Positions 1 through 11,682 are shown, numbered from the whole stretch's first letter. The stretch: DNA of 63,851 bases, filler included, from Dicyema japonicum (GCA_011109175.1; 8 parts of 8 records of this genome joined end to end with filler, not necessarily neighbours in it); one strand, 5' to 3'. Program-made: numbers and translations. Notes: generated by a model not told the origin, from the sequence alone.

Positions 1-273
1 TACTCAAGAAATACCTGAGAAATTGATGGACTCCTTCGAAGTGAAAGTATCAGAGATGAACAAGTCGAACACATCAAACAAATATTCGTAGTTGAGTGAG
101 ATGATGTAAGTATCAAATTATGGATGACACTGAGAAAAAGATTGGGAGTCACTTCAAAGATGTTGAAATATCCAGAAAATTGTTATTTATAATATTTTAT
201 AAAATATGATTTTTTTAATTTTACGTAGGCTACCTAAATTATGATAATTAAATAAAGGATTATAAATATTAAA

Positions 274-1825
274 ATGAGATTTTTTTTGCCCTATATATTA
301 TTGTGTCACCAAGTGGCATCTGAAATTAAAATCAAAATCAAAACGGTCGATTCGAAACTTGTAGAAAACTATCATATTGGATGGTTCAATACATATGTAA
401 CAAATTGTATTCATGATTGCAGGTCAATCACTTTGATCCCTACAACATGGATAAATTCTCTATGAAATACATATATTCTTCAAAGTATCATAAACCAGGT
501 GGTCCAGTCCTTTTTTATCCCGGAAACAAAGACCGAATTGAAAAATTCGCAGAGAACTTAGTCATTTTTTCCATTTATTTAAATAGGAATTTGTATGGAA
601 TGCTGCAGCCGAACTAAACGCATTTATCATATTTGCTGAACATCGATATTACGGAGAGTCAATTCCAAAAAATATCAATCATGTTAAATACAATTATAAT
701 GTTTAGAATAAACAATTTCCCTATTTGTCATCTCAACAAGCGATTGAAGATTACATTGGAATGATTTATGAATTATTTCCCGACGAGAAGGTCATAGCCA
801 TTGGCGGAGGATATGCAGGGATCTTGGCGGTTCGAATGAGGATGAAATCTCCCGCAAAAATCACTGGGTTGACCTCATACTCTAAAATAGTGCGTTTGCC
901 TCATCTGCTCCAATCATGATGTTCAACGGACACGCAGACTGTAGTTCTCCCTTTGAAATCGTCACCGAAGTTTTCCGAAAAGCCAATCCAAACTCGGTTG
1001 AAAATATTAGAAATGTTTTCAAACTCGTCCAAATTGATTACCTCAGTCTAATCTAAGTCAACCTAGTTTAGAACATCAAACAAATACACTTTCTAAACTT
1101 GGAATTTGCAATTTTTACAATTTTCCTATGGCTTATTTGAATATACAAAAAGTATTTTTAGTGGCGGCAATGGCTAATTACAAAACTTCTTCGACACTTT
1201 TTAAGAATTTACCAGCCCGTCCACTTGATGTATAGTTTGTATTGAGAATTTTTAGAAAATCTCAGATTTTTTCTCAACTCCAAACATGGAAAAAAATGAA
1301 TTGGTCTCAGCCTTATATAAAACTCTGAAATTTTATTTTCAAAATGATAGCCAAACGGAATGTATTAACATAACCAAAATATCTGACTCTTCGTTTACAA
1401 CCGAGGAAAATTTTCAGGTTTTTTTAAATAAAAAAATATTTTAGTTTTGCACTGAGATGCCTTATCATTTATGTTCGCGAGAAAGTTCAAAAAACATGTT
1501 TCTCGAAATGGATTTCGACATTAATGACATAGAGAAGGCCTGTTGGGATAATTTCAGAGTAATTCCAAAAAGGAAGCTCAATACTATAAATGCAAATATC
1601 GTGGATTTGTCTTCATTTAAGAATATTATATTCAGCAATGGAGAATTTGACCCCTTTAATGGAGGATGCTATCACAACACTGCTAACAAGGAGATCACTG
1701 TCATTGAAATCTCAGGAGCTGCTCATCAATCTGACTTAAGGAAGCCGTCAGCATATTTGGACAGCATAAGTCTTAAATCTGCAAGGAATCAGACGATCAA
1801 AATAATTAAATCTTGGCTCTACTAG
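274..1825 (+). CDS. PRCP: Serine peptidase S28 (lysosomal Pro-X carboxypeptidase/DPP7-like) protein, 8 exons, nucleophile Ser replaced by Gly
   Basis: Splicing GT-AG introns 397-422, 561-586, 683-706, 868-890, 1046-1071, 1230-1255 and 1418-1444 gives an open frame with a signal-like N-terminus and the motifs VNHF, IFAEHRYYGES, YLSSQQAIEDY, IGGGYAG, ASSAPI, QFCTEM, NIIFSNGEFDPF and AAHQSDLR. Confidence 0.88.
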
Positions 1826-2149
1826 AAGTCAGTTACTAATTTTAATTAATTGGTTAATTTTTCTTTATTAAAAATAATAAGACAATTTTTCATTGGCGGA
1901 ATAATTTCTATTTTTGGGACCGACGAAAACATACACAGTTGGCCTTATCCACTGAGCACGCAACGAACAATGCGGATAGTGCGAAAATCACCAAATATCA
2001 ATTCACTCAGACAACTACCTTTTTTCCCAGTTGCATTCCAAACATTAGGGGTCCAGGAAATCATTACCACGAGATTGGGAGAAGGATTGATTCTCGTAGA
2101 TGTGGCCTACGGAATCATCATGGGTTTGGAAGAGAATTTCGATTGGCGA

Positions 2150-2452
2150 TTTTTTATAACACCAAAACCACGGTAAAAAACAGAACCAAATTAATAACGT
2201 AATCCCGATGCAATTCACAAGCGATCTTATCTTCGCTCAGTAATCTTCCACGAGCCCACACAAGACGCACCGGGAGGTTAGTCGGTTTTACAGCGTCATA
2301 AGGCAATAATTCTGGAGTTCAGAGTAATAAGATCCTCAAGAGGAAGCCGGCCGGGACGTCTGTTTCAATACGGCCCAACGTTCGTTAATTGAGCTTCCTC
2401 GATTATTCTCCTGTTTGTCGAAGATAAAGCGTCCCCATAAAGCACAAGCGTA
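2150..2452 (-). repeat. 3' end of an unidentified retroelement with a conserved GC-rich structured block (second copy at ~10400-10590)
   Basis: Shares TCTTGTGTGGGCTCGTGG...GAGCGA...GTGA.TGCATC..GATYACG with 10480-10552; ends TTGGTGTTATAAAAA. Confidence 0.5.
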
Positions 2453-2454
2453 GN

Positions 2455-2830
2455 AACGCTGGGACATGGGGAAGCTCCTCCAACGAACTATTGAAACTGG
2501 ATTCGTTCCATCGAAGGCAACTAAGAAGCTTACTCGGAAATGGAGTGGCCGCGAAGAATATCAACCACTGGCATCTACAACAAGTGTATGTGCTCCTACA
2601 TCAGCGGGGATGTGGTAGATGCCCGGTGGAGACTATTTGGACATGTACTAAGAATGAACCCGAACGCGCCCGCTAACAAAGCGATGGAAGATTACTTTGA
2701 CAGTTGCGACAAACCCTTCCGCGGACGACCCAGATCGACACTTCCGATTGCCTTAAACAAAGACCTAAATCGTGTGAGGAAAAAACTAAAGACGGGGGAC
2801 GACCTGGACGAATTGAGATTACTCGCATAT
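2455..2830 (+). mobile_element. RTE-clade LINE 3' fragment
   Basis: AGTWG...LDSFHRRQLRSLLG.WP..IS; RWRLFGHVLRM...PANKAM; RGRPRSTL; frameshifted. Confidence 0.8.
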
Positions 2831-2942
2831 GACGATTCTGAAACTGGAGAAAAGATTTTTATTTTTTAAATAGAAAGTTTCGAAATCCGATCTTAATTAA
2901 TTGATATTAAAATAGCGTTATTGTTGTACATATTTTGAGAAT

Positions 2943-3521
2943 ATGATTTACTCATTAAATAAAGCTACATGTAACGATTGATAATTAAAAATAGTTTTTT
3001 CAACAATAAATACTTTTTTAAAAAGAAATTGCCGACTTTTCCAAACTTTAACACCAATAACTCCCACCATATTCCACCCACAAATACAAGTTCCAAGAAT
3101 TCTCTTCCCATCTAAAAATATGTTCCCTGACTTGTCTCAAATGTCCGCCCGCCTTGAAAGAATTTCAATTGCTGAGCCCTCAGTGAAACCGGAGAAATAT
3201 TTGTGTATTTTCCGCAAGAATAGAAATAAGGGGATCCCCATGAAGCGACGTCAAATGAAGAAACACAGGAAGAAAAGATATTATAAAAAGTTCAAATATT
3301 ACATAGCACAAAGAAAGGAAGCCAGAAAAGTGGAGAAACAACGGCTTGTAGATGTAATAGACTATAATTACATGTTTTTTTAGGAAACCATCAAAAAAAT
3401 GATGGATGATGCCAAAAACATCGATTACGGTCAAAAGATGGAGAAGGAACTCGAAATGGCCCGAGATGGAGGCTTTTCACTTGAATATATTACTAAATTT
3501 AAAAATATAAAACTTGAATAA
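2943..3521 (+). CDS. AURKAIP1: Mitochondrial ribosomal protein mS38 (AURKAIP1/COX24-like), 3 exons
   Basis: Introns 2971-2994 (24 nt) and 3354-3383 (30 nt) give an intact frame; N-terminus resembles a mitochondrial presequence; basic motif KRRQMKKHRKKRYYKK. Confidence 0.75.
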
Positions 3522-4559
3522 GATTTTTTAACCAAAAAGTCTCTTTTTTATGGTTGTTAATTCATTTTTATTGGTCAAATCAAAAATGAATTTTTATTCT
3601 TTGATGTTTACATTAACGATCTTTTGTTGCCACTAAAAGGTGCTCCTTAACTTGGCGGTTGCTGAAAAGGATTGTTTAATAACGTTCCTGCGAGTATTGA
3701 AGATATCTCATCTTTGATCTACTCTGCACAATTTGTATATCAACAAATATCAACTTTATTCAAATCAAATTGGAAAAAAAGAAATAAAATCGATCTATTC
3801 GAAAATGTAAAGATAGCTTCAAATTGGGAAAAAAGAAATAAAGTCGAATCTATTCGAAAATGATTGATGTAAAGATAGCTTTTCATTCACTACGTTTCTT
3901 TTTGAAGGTTTGGGAAATTCCGGATTATTTAAATGAATAACGAAATAATCCTTAACTGGAAACTGTCATTAAGAAGAAAGTCAGCTGGAAACAGTTAATA
4001 TCGAACGTGCATGTGATTCACTATCACCCCAATATATTGGTCTTGAATCCATTAAGCAGGATTTTAACCTTAAAATATTGGATATGTCAATCAATATTGG
4101 TGATTTAGGAGGAAATATTGGCATGCATGATAGAGGATGTGAATATTTATTGGCTGATTTGAGAAAAATTCATAGAAATCAGGGAAAAATTGTTATTTAT
4201 ACGGGAATGAAGCTCCGAAAAAAAATCATATGGACCTTGTCGACGAAACCTCTGGTTTCAAAAAAATAAGAGAACCAAAGATAAGGTTGTAGAGAGTCAT
4301 CTACACCAACTGACTTAAGTAACCATTCGGTATTTAGTGAACAGACCATCGAAAGTATATTTTTAATATTGGTCATAAATAAACCAAAGTATTTTTATTT
4401 AAGTGACTCAGATCAAAGTGTAAGCTCGCAGGAATAACGAGAATTCGTTTATCATCATTGTCAACATTAAAATGTAAAACTATTTAGGAACACAAGAATA
4501 CAAAAAACTCGTGTACATTGTGAAATTTTATTTTATAATAAGGTTAGATTATAACGAAT

Positions 4560-5349
4560 TTAATTATTAATTTAAATGTATGATCATCTTTTTTGGAAAA
4601 CATGACTTTTATAATTTATTCTATAAAGATGCAAAGCTAATAAATCTCCAACTGAAGTAATAATTCACGAGATGGGGAACCAGGCTTAGTACAGCTTTTA
4701 CTACTCGGAAAACATGCATACAGTTCGCACTATAGTTTCTGGTCCTAAATTTAACAAAAAGGGGAAATCGTAAATAAAGTAAAAAACTGCTTTAAATTCA
4801 ATTAATTTGGAAAGAAACCTTGCATTGATAAAATCGTGTTATAGTGACATATTAGATGGATTACATAAATGCCCTTTTTTACTATTGAAGATGCCGTTAA
4901 ATTTATTAATGAGATCAATTTTGCAAATCTATGCGAAATTATCTAAATATTTCCGTAAACGAATTTATAAAAATCGATTAAAAGAAATTCATGGTGCAAA
5001 GATTGCTAATTGTTTTCCAGAAATTTGTTCAATATTATGGAAATGTCCAGCTACAACTATTTCAATTGAAGAAGTTTTTCTATGCTTCAAAAATGCTGGA
5101 GAAGGATAGAAACTTCAAAAATGATAACATTGAATATTCCTTTTCTTTATATTACAATAAATTCAAGTGATTGGTTCTAAATATAAATTTGAGTGCCTTA
5201 TAAACGGAAACTTAAAACTTTATTAATACATAAAAATAAAAGTTATTAGGTCATATTTAAGGGCATATATTTTTTCGTTTAAGGTCATATAAGTCATATT
5301 TTATCGGTCATATTTGAATTTTTTTAGCTCATATTTGCGGTTGCCCTAG
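4560..5349 (+). mobile_element. Degenerate hAT-superfamily transposon (3' part, with TAGGG-type terminus)
   Basis: TRWGTRL motif at ~4667; CPATTISIE and KMLEKDRNF of the C-terminal dimerisation region; TCATATT subterminal repeats 5250-5335 ending GTTGCCCTAG. Confidence 0.55.
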
Positions 5350-5899
5350 TCATCAGTTATTTTGACAGATTTCACAAATAAAACATTGTTTTCAGCTTAT
5401 CATCTTGTCTAGTATTATTTGCCATGATGGTAGCTCTTCTGATAACAGCAAACTGATTTTTTAATGTCAGAACTATTTATTATTATGGCCATCAAAAGAT
5501 TCCATCGAGTATCCTAATAATCAGGAATTTGTAAGGCAGAACTTTTAATTTATAAACAAGATCAAGAAGCTGAGCAACAGGGAGAGTATATCATTTCTCA
5601 TAATAACACTAATGACATCAATTCAGTTTTTACCTGATTTTTATGCTAAATTGATTGATTCGTTCAAGTAGAAATTCGACAATTGCATTTTTACACTTAT
5701 TTTCAAGTATTTTTTCAATAAACTGCAAAATTATTACAACTTTTAAGGTTTTGAGTCATCATCATATTCTTTGTATTATTATGATTGACAAAAAACTGAT
5801 TCACAAGCCCCTTTTCTTTAAATAAATATCAGGAAACTTTTCCAAAAGATTTCACTGGCCATCCCAAAGGGAACAAAATGTTTATTTTCAGAGCGTTCT

Positions 5900-6170
5900 T
5901 TTAATAATTTATTTGTGCAGTCTCCTCGATTTCCTCTTTCAATGGGCATATCAGATGACAACTTGTTGCCTTTATGGACGAACTCAAGCCTTCGGGTTCC
6001 ACGGTCCAATCAAGAGAAAGGAACTGGGACGTTCGGATATTTCTGGCGCTTCTTCACTTCGACGCGTTCGATGGGGTTCCAGGGCTTTCGATACTCTTAT
6101 GTTCCGGGGGGAAGAAAGTTCACACACGTGACGTGCCAGACCAGAGACTTTCCCCTTTGAAAGGAAAATA
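5900..6170 (-). mobile_element. CRE-like retrotransposon 3' (RLE domain) fragment
   Basis: Minus strand reads FPF.KGKSLVWHVTCV with frameshifts, homologous to FPFEAGKPLVWDVT at ~15985-16025. Confidence 0.65.
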
Positions 6171-6511
6171 TTAATTTGAATATGCAAAATAAAAAATTCA
6201 AGTTTGTTGAAAATGTATTTAAAATGCAATATATCATAAAAACCACAAAGCGCTTCGAATCATAAAGTGCAATAATTCAAGATTCATAGATAAGATTATG
6301 AACAAGGCTATAAAACAAACTGTCTTATTTCGTTTTTGGATTAGAATTAATAAACCGAGTTTCTCAAAAGTGACTTTTTTATGTATACTGTAAAAAAATT
6401 TTTATACAATTATAATTGTGGTTTTTTAGCATTTCTAAATTCCATGGTTAAATAACTTTATCGCATGTTCAAAATATATTATTCATTTTATCGTACCCTC
6501 TAAGTGATAAA

Positions 6512-8207
6512 ATGAACAATCCTAATCGGTCCCAATTCAATTTATTGAATAAATGCTCAACAAATGGAAAGATTTATCCAAAATTAGTGTCATCGACAGA
6601 TAACTGTGTTTTCCAACACACGAATAACAACAACAAACATTTTTCGACTGTCAAAGTTATAGATTCAGAGATAAAGGCACTTTATTAGTTGTCAAATTAG
6701 ACTTGTGAGAATGAAATAACCAAACAATATAAAGAACATCACATTTTGAACTTAATTAAATGTGCACGTCAAAAAAAGGAGCGCAGGAGGCGTTTGGAAG
6801 CACATTTGAATAAAACTGGATATTCTCAAGAAAAAAAGAAAATGATTATGAATTTGTTCCAGGAAATGGAATCAAATTTTGTCCGACTTTGGGTTGATGT
6901 TGCTAATTCATTTCAGAAGTCTAAAATGACAATTTCTATGTTCGAGTTTGTTTTCATGCTCGGAAATGGCGGTTACGGAAATGTCTTCCTTGTGAGGAAA
7001 AAGGACACCAGAAATATTTATGCAATGAAAATAATATCAAAAAAGAAAACACTGACAAAAAAACAAATCCGTAACATCAAAGCCGAACGAGATATCCTTT
7101 CGGAAGCCGACAGTGTGTGGATCGTCAAGCTTTATTACTCCTTTCAGGATAAAAAGTCCCTCTACTTCATATTGGAATATCTACCTGGAGGAGATCTAAT
7201 GACTTTGCTAATACAAAAAGGGGTTTTCAACGAACAGTGGGCAAGATTTTATATTTCTGAGCTCGTCGTGGCTATAGAATATGTCCATTCCCTCAAAATC
7301 TGCCACCGAGACATCAAACCGGACAATATCCTCATTTCAGCAGACGGACATATCAAATTGTGTGATTTTGGACTCAGTACTGGAGGGCGACTGGGTGAGA
7401 TGAACAGAATCACAACGAAGGTACATTTAAATCACATTTTAGGCAAAAATATAATAAATTCAAAGATTTGTTATCCAGACTGAACAGCCGCAAAAGCAGT
7501 CTAATTGAGGCCAACTCGCTTGTCGGAACTCTCAATTACATTGCTCCTGAAATTCTGACTGGGCCAAGTAAATACTAATTCATGAATCGTAGCTTATACT
7601 AATTGTTGCGACTGGTGGAGTGTCGGATTATTTTGTATGAAATGGTAGTTGGCAGACCACCGTTTACGCAGAGGAAGAATTCGAAACTCACTTGAAAGTA
7701 TTTTTATTGCTAATATTAGATCATTCACTGGCATAGATATTTGACGTTTCCCAAACGTTGCAATCTAGTCTCAGTTGCACAAAACTTATTCTGAATTTTG
7801 TTGCGACTTAAGCAATCGTTTAGGGAAGAATGGTGCAGAGGAAATTAAATGTCATCACTTCTTCCAAGGACTGGATTGGAGTAAGTTACGGGAGGTCAAA
7901 CCCCCTATATTCCACCGCTTGTTGATGAAACCGACGTGTCTCACTTTAAGGGAATGCAAGCAATTTTACAAACCCAAATAACGAGGATGGGGAGGAATTT
8001 TCGGAAATTATTGTGCACGGGTTTTCATTTAAAAGATTTTTTAATAAAACCGCAAAAAATTCATTACTGCACGATTTTAAAAAATATGAACAACGATGCC
8101 TCAGAACTTTAATCGCCATTTTTAAAATAATTTTGATCTTATTCCAAAGATTCTTTATTGACTTGCATTTTATGTCACGAAATTCCTGTACACAAACATT
8201 TGTGTAA
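6512..8207 (+). CDS. LATS: LATS/Warts-type NDR-family Ser/Thr kinase (short form); 3' exons carry several 1-nt deletions
   Basis: EHHILNL...ESNFVRL N-terminal regulatory region; KAERDILSEAD, LYYSFQD, HRDIKPDNILI, DFGLSTG, LATS-type NSLVGTLNYIAPE, CDWWSVG, GFSFKRFF hydrophobic motif, TFV stop; short introns including 6893-6916. Confidence 0.85.
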
Positions 8208-8516
8208 AAAACTGACTCAGCCAATAATATTTCTGATTTCTTAGAACAGAAATTAATGAAAACTTTCAATTTTTAATAAAAATACATTTCCAGAAGAGTT
8301 GAAATTAGCGGCATATCCAATTAATTGAGGTATAACTTATCGCCAACATTAGATAATAACAAAACATGAGACAGTCAGAAAGTCTACTGCTTCTTTCATT
8401 TCGTCATCTCTGATAGTATACATAAAAATTTTATATAAAATAATTTAAGTTATTTAATTTTTATAAATTTAATAAATATTTACTCCACGTGTAAAACTTT
8501 ACTTTAACTTGTTGTG

Positions 8517-9140
8517 ATGAACGTGGCTCAAACATCTAACTCTAAAATGGTTTGTAGTATTAATTGGAATCTTAATCTAAACAGAGAAAGCGAAGGAATC
8601 CAAATGTTGGCCAAGTTCCCAAAAAGACCAACAAAAAGTCATATTCTCAGCACAGTCGTAAACTTCGCAGTTCAATAACTCCAGGAACAATATTAATTCT
8701 GCTGACAGGCTGCCATCGCGGAAAAGTATATCAAAAAACTTAATTGTTAAGAGAGTTGTGTTTATTAGTCAACTCGCCTCTGGATTCCTGTGTGTGACAG
8801 GTCCATACTCAGTCAATGGAGTGCCTATAAGGAGAGTAAATGCCACACATGTGATTGCCACGTCCACCAAGGTCGATTTATGCTCCCTGTCTCTTCCAGA
8901 CAAAGTCAATGACTCGTTTTTAGATCAGTCAAAAAGTATTTGTAGGATTAGTATTTGTAGATGACCGACGAGGTTGAGAAAGAAGGGTGGAAGAATGACT
9001 GGATGGCCATTCAGAAACAAGTGGACGCTTCCGTTGTCAATGCCATTAAGAAGGGAGATGATCCCAAGTCGATGATGGGATATTTGAAGGCAGAATTTTT
9101 CCTTCAGAGGGGCGATCGGCCACACGCGATGCGTTTTTAG
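8517..9140 (+). CDS. RPL6: 60S ribosomal protein eL6 (~178 aa, 4 exons)
   Basis: [56 protein letters not shown]...YLK..F.L..G.RPH.M.F; introns 8550-8584, 8726-8751, 8936-8960; the frame needs one A fewer in the A5 run at 8931. Confidence 0.92.
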
Positions 9141-10139
9141 ATCCCATTTGAACTCTATCACTTTCAATGATTAATTTCTTTTTGTCTATATAACTTTTTA
9201 GCTTTCCTAGTCCAGGTAAGAACGCTCGGTTTTAGTACGACACGACAGTAGATAGTCACTGCCGACAAAATTAATAGATAGGACAAGCTTGGGATTCTGT
9301 GATCCATCTGACCCAAATGATCTTAGTTAATGTCGGTTATATCACATATTCTGATATTTGTGAGAGAATTGGGTCGATAAAGACTAGTTTCCTAGCAGTG
9401 TATATAAAAGTAGGCTTCAGTAGTCAAGAAAAGGTTTACTAGACCAATTTCACCAAAAGAAACTGGCAGTGTTGGTTTTCCTCCAAGATCTTTTCTCAAA
9501 AGATGCGTTTAGTAAAAATTCAGAACGAAATCTGCAAAACTTAAGTCTTGTTGTAAGAAGTGTTTAAAATTTTTTGAATCAGAAGTGAAACCTTTGTCGA
9601 GGAAAAATGAAAGCGCTGGTTATTGGAAAATTCCGATCTCCTCGTTGCATGAAAGTTTTTGATATCCCGGATAGAGATGATATGTAGAGTTCACAAAATT
9701 CTTGGATAGCAAGTAATATTTTCAACACGTGTTAGATGGAATAATTGACAGGATGATAAATCAAAAACAAATTTGTTAATTTTGGATAATAATGGGTGCC
9801 ATAAAGCCGAGAATACTTCCTTTATTAATTAAAAAAATAATTAACTTATTAATTTCCTAAGTCCAGAGCTTTCGAAGTGACAGAAGATGGCACTCCACGC
9901 ACCTTCTCCCCTTCTTCCTCCTCTCTTCTGTGTAGACCTCCGAGAAAGTGCAGTCCAGTGCCTCTCGCTGATTAAATGTCAGGAAAGGACTGGATCGGCG
10001 ACCATCAAACGAGATACTCTCCAGAGTCCTCTAAAGAAAAGTTGACTGCATAAGCCTGTAGAGCAGCGTTTCCCAACCTTTTTGTGCTCGCGGCACTTAA
10101 AACCAGGTTTTTTTTCTCGCGGCACATATTAGTTAGAAA

Positions 10140-11196
10140 TGCTTTTTTAATTACAAATTCGAGTTCAATCGGATCGTAAATATCCCTCTTTGGTAATATT
10201 TCTTGAACTATGCTCAGATTTATTAACGGTATGGTTGTATCCGATTTTTTCAGAACTTTAAAAACAATTTTCGATCGTTTTAGGGGATACATCTTCCCAA
10301 GCCATTTTCATAAATGGAACAGTGTCTTTAAAGTTCAAATGTTTATATAATTCATATACGACATGTTTTCTTTTTATAATAATCAAGTAAGATAGATAGA
10401 TAATGCACGTCCGCGTTACTAGTAAACAATGCTTATGGTTTTGCTTTACGCAAGCCACACAGTTTTATTAAGATCCGGTACGATCTTGTGTGGGCTCGTG
10501 GGAAAAGCACCGAGCGAGATGCGGTCCCTGGTGAGTGCATCTGCGATCACGTGACTTTTGCTTGGTGTATTAATAATAATAATAATTAAGATCAAGAGAA
10601 GAACAAGAGTGAGATACTCAAATTTATGTCTTTAAAATGACTTTGAAACGTTTTAAAAATGCCCAAATCCATTGGATGAATTATTCCTGTGGCATTTTTA
10701 GGAAAAAATATTATTTAATTTTCCAAATTCGATGACAAGCAATGAGAGGACATGCTCTTTGGAACTGTAATATGAAACAGAACATCAATAATCATATTTT
10801 TGAAACACTTTGCATTTTTAATTTTCAATCAATAAAGGTCAATTTATGATTTCCAAACATATTTGGGCATAATGGGCATAACATTCTTTGAAGTTTTTGT
10901 ATCCTCCGAACGAAGACCTAGAAATACTTATGGAAGAAATAAGCTTGTAGAATATTCCATTTTCATCGAGGATATAAATCTGATCGCTGGTATATGACAT
11001 TGAAAGTTCTTGAAATTCTTAGAGAAAACTTTCAATATCGACACTTTTGTAGTTTATTTTTTAATTTTCAGTAATTTTTTTAAAGACTTTAAAAATAGTG
11101 GCACATTTCGGAATTGGCAAATTGCCACTAAATTAGAAAATTTCTTACAAAATTAGCAAATCTAAGAATTGGCAAATTTAAGAGAGTTTACTGTAG
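10140..11196 (-). mobile_element. pogo/Tigger-like transposase remnant nested in the hAT element
   Basis: TACAGTAAACTCTC terminus at ~11195; DQIYILDENGIFYK and KMAWEDVSPKTIENCF motifs. Confidence 0.6.
10400..10590 (+). repeat. Retroelement 3' end with hairpin-rich block and (TAA)n tail
   Basis: Homologous to the minus strand of 2197-2275; ends GGTGTATTAATAATAATAATAA. Confidence 0.55.
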
Positions 11197-11520
11197 TTTG
11201 AACCAGACCCCGGTTTGGAAGGGCATCTCAGCTTTTTGGCATTTGGTGCCCCACCCCGGGTTAGACTGTAATTTTTAATTTTAAATATTAGAAATCTCGC
11301 GGCACCTACGCCAGATCTGCGGCACCCCGGTGGGAATCGCTGCTTTAAATTGTTCTAAAATATTGGAAAGCATTATATCGAGGACAAGCAGAATTTGGTA
11401 TCGTTCTTTATTTACCAGATGGTCAATTTAAAAAAGATACTTTTATAGTAAATTACCGCGTTCTCTATATTATATGACCTAGCTGAAACGTATACAAATA
11501 TGAGCACTATACCATTTCCC

Positions 11521-11682
11521 ATACTAAATGGGATTAATACCAATCTAATTAGTACAAAACTAAGTGGGATCAATAGAAAACTAAGTGGGATTAGCAGTAA
11601 ACTAAGTGGGACTAATAGCAAACTAAGTGGGTTTAGCAGAAAACTAAGTGGTATTAATAACAAACTAAGTGGGATCAATGAA
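11521..11682 (+). repeat. 21-bp minisatellite (6 good plus 1-2 degenerate units) encoding KLSG(I/T/F)(N/S)x heptads
   Basis: AAACTAAGTGG repeated every 21 nt from 11557; lies within ORF 11500-11700. Confidence 0.9.

Larger units (their letters stand above)
10064..11342. mobile_element. Non-autonomous hAT (Charlie/Buster-type) element carrying nested fragments
   Basis: Terminal inverted repeats CAGCGTTTCCCAACC and GGTGGGAATCGCTG; subterminal CTCGCGGCAC repeats at both ends; 8-bp flanks ctgTAgag and cttTAaat with central TA. Confidence 0.7.

Noticed and set aside
1920-2150. piggyBac-like C-terminal remnant
   Set aside because: The resemblance is too weak and no TTAA/TIR structure was found
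5818-6229. Five overlapping ORFs suggesting a compact gene
   Set aside because: Chance open frames in a GC-richer CRE fragment; the same applies to the many antisense ORFs over TEs and tubulin pseudogenes
9895-9960. Short pyrimidine-rich repeat also at ~24755-24825
   Set aside because: Real but short similarity, probably TE debris; no structure or function could be assigned
11557-11682. CRISPR-like appearance of the 21-bp repeat
   Set aside because: The variable part is only ~9 nt, the period is a codon multiple, there are no cas genes and the context is eukaryotic
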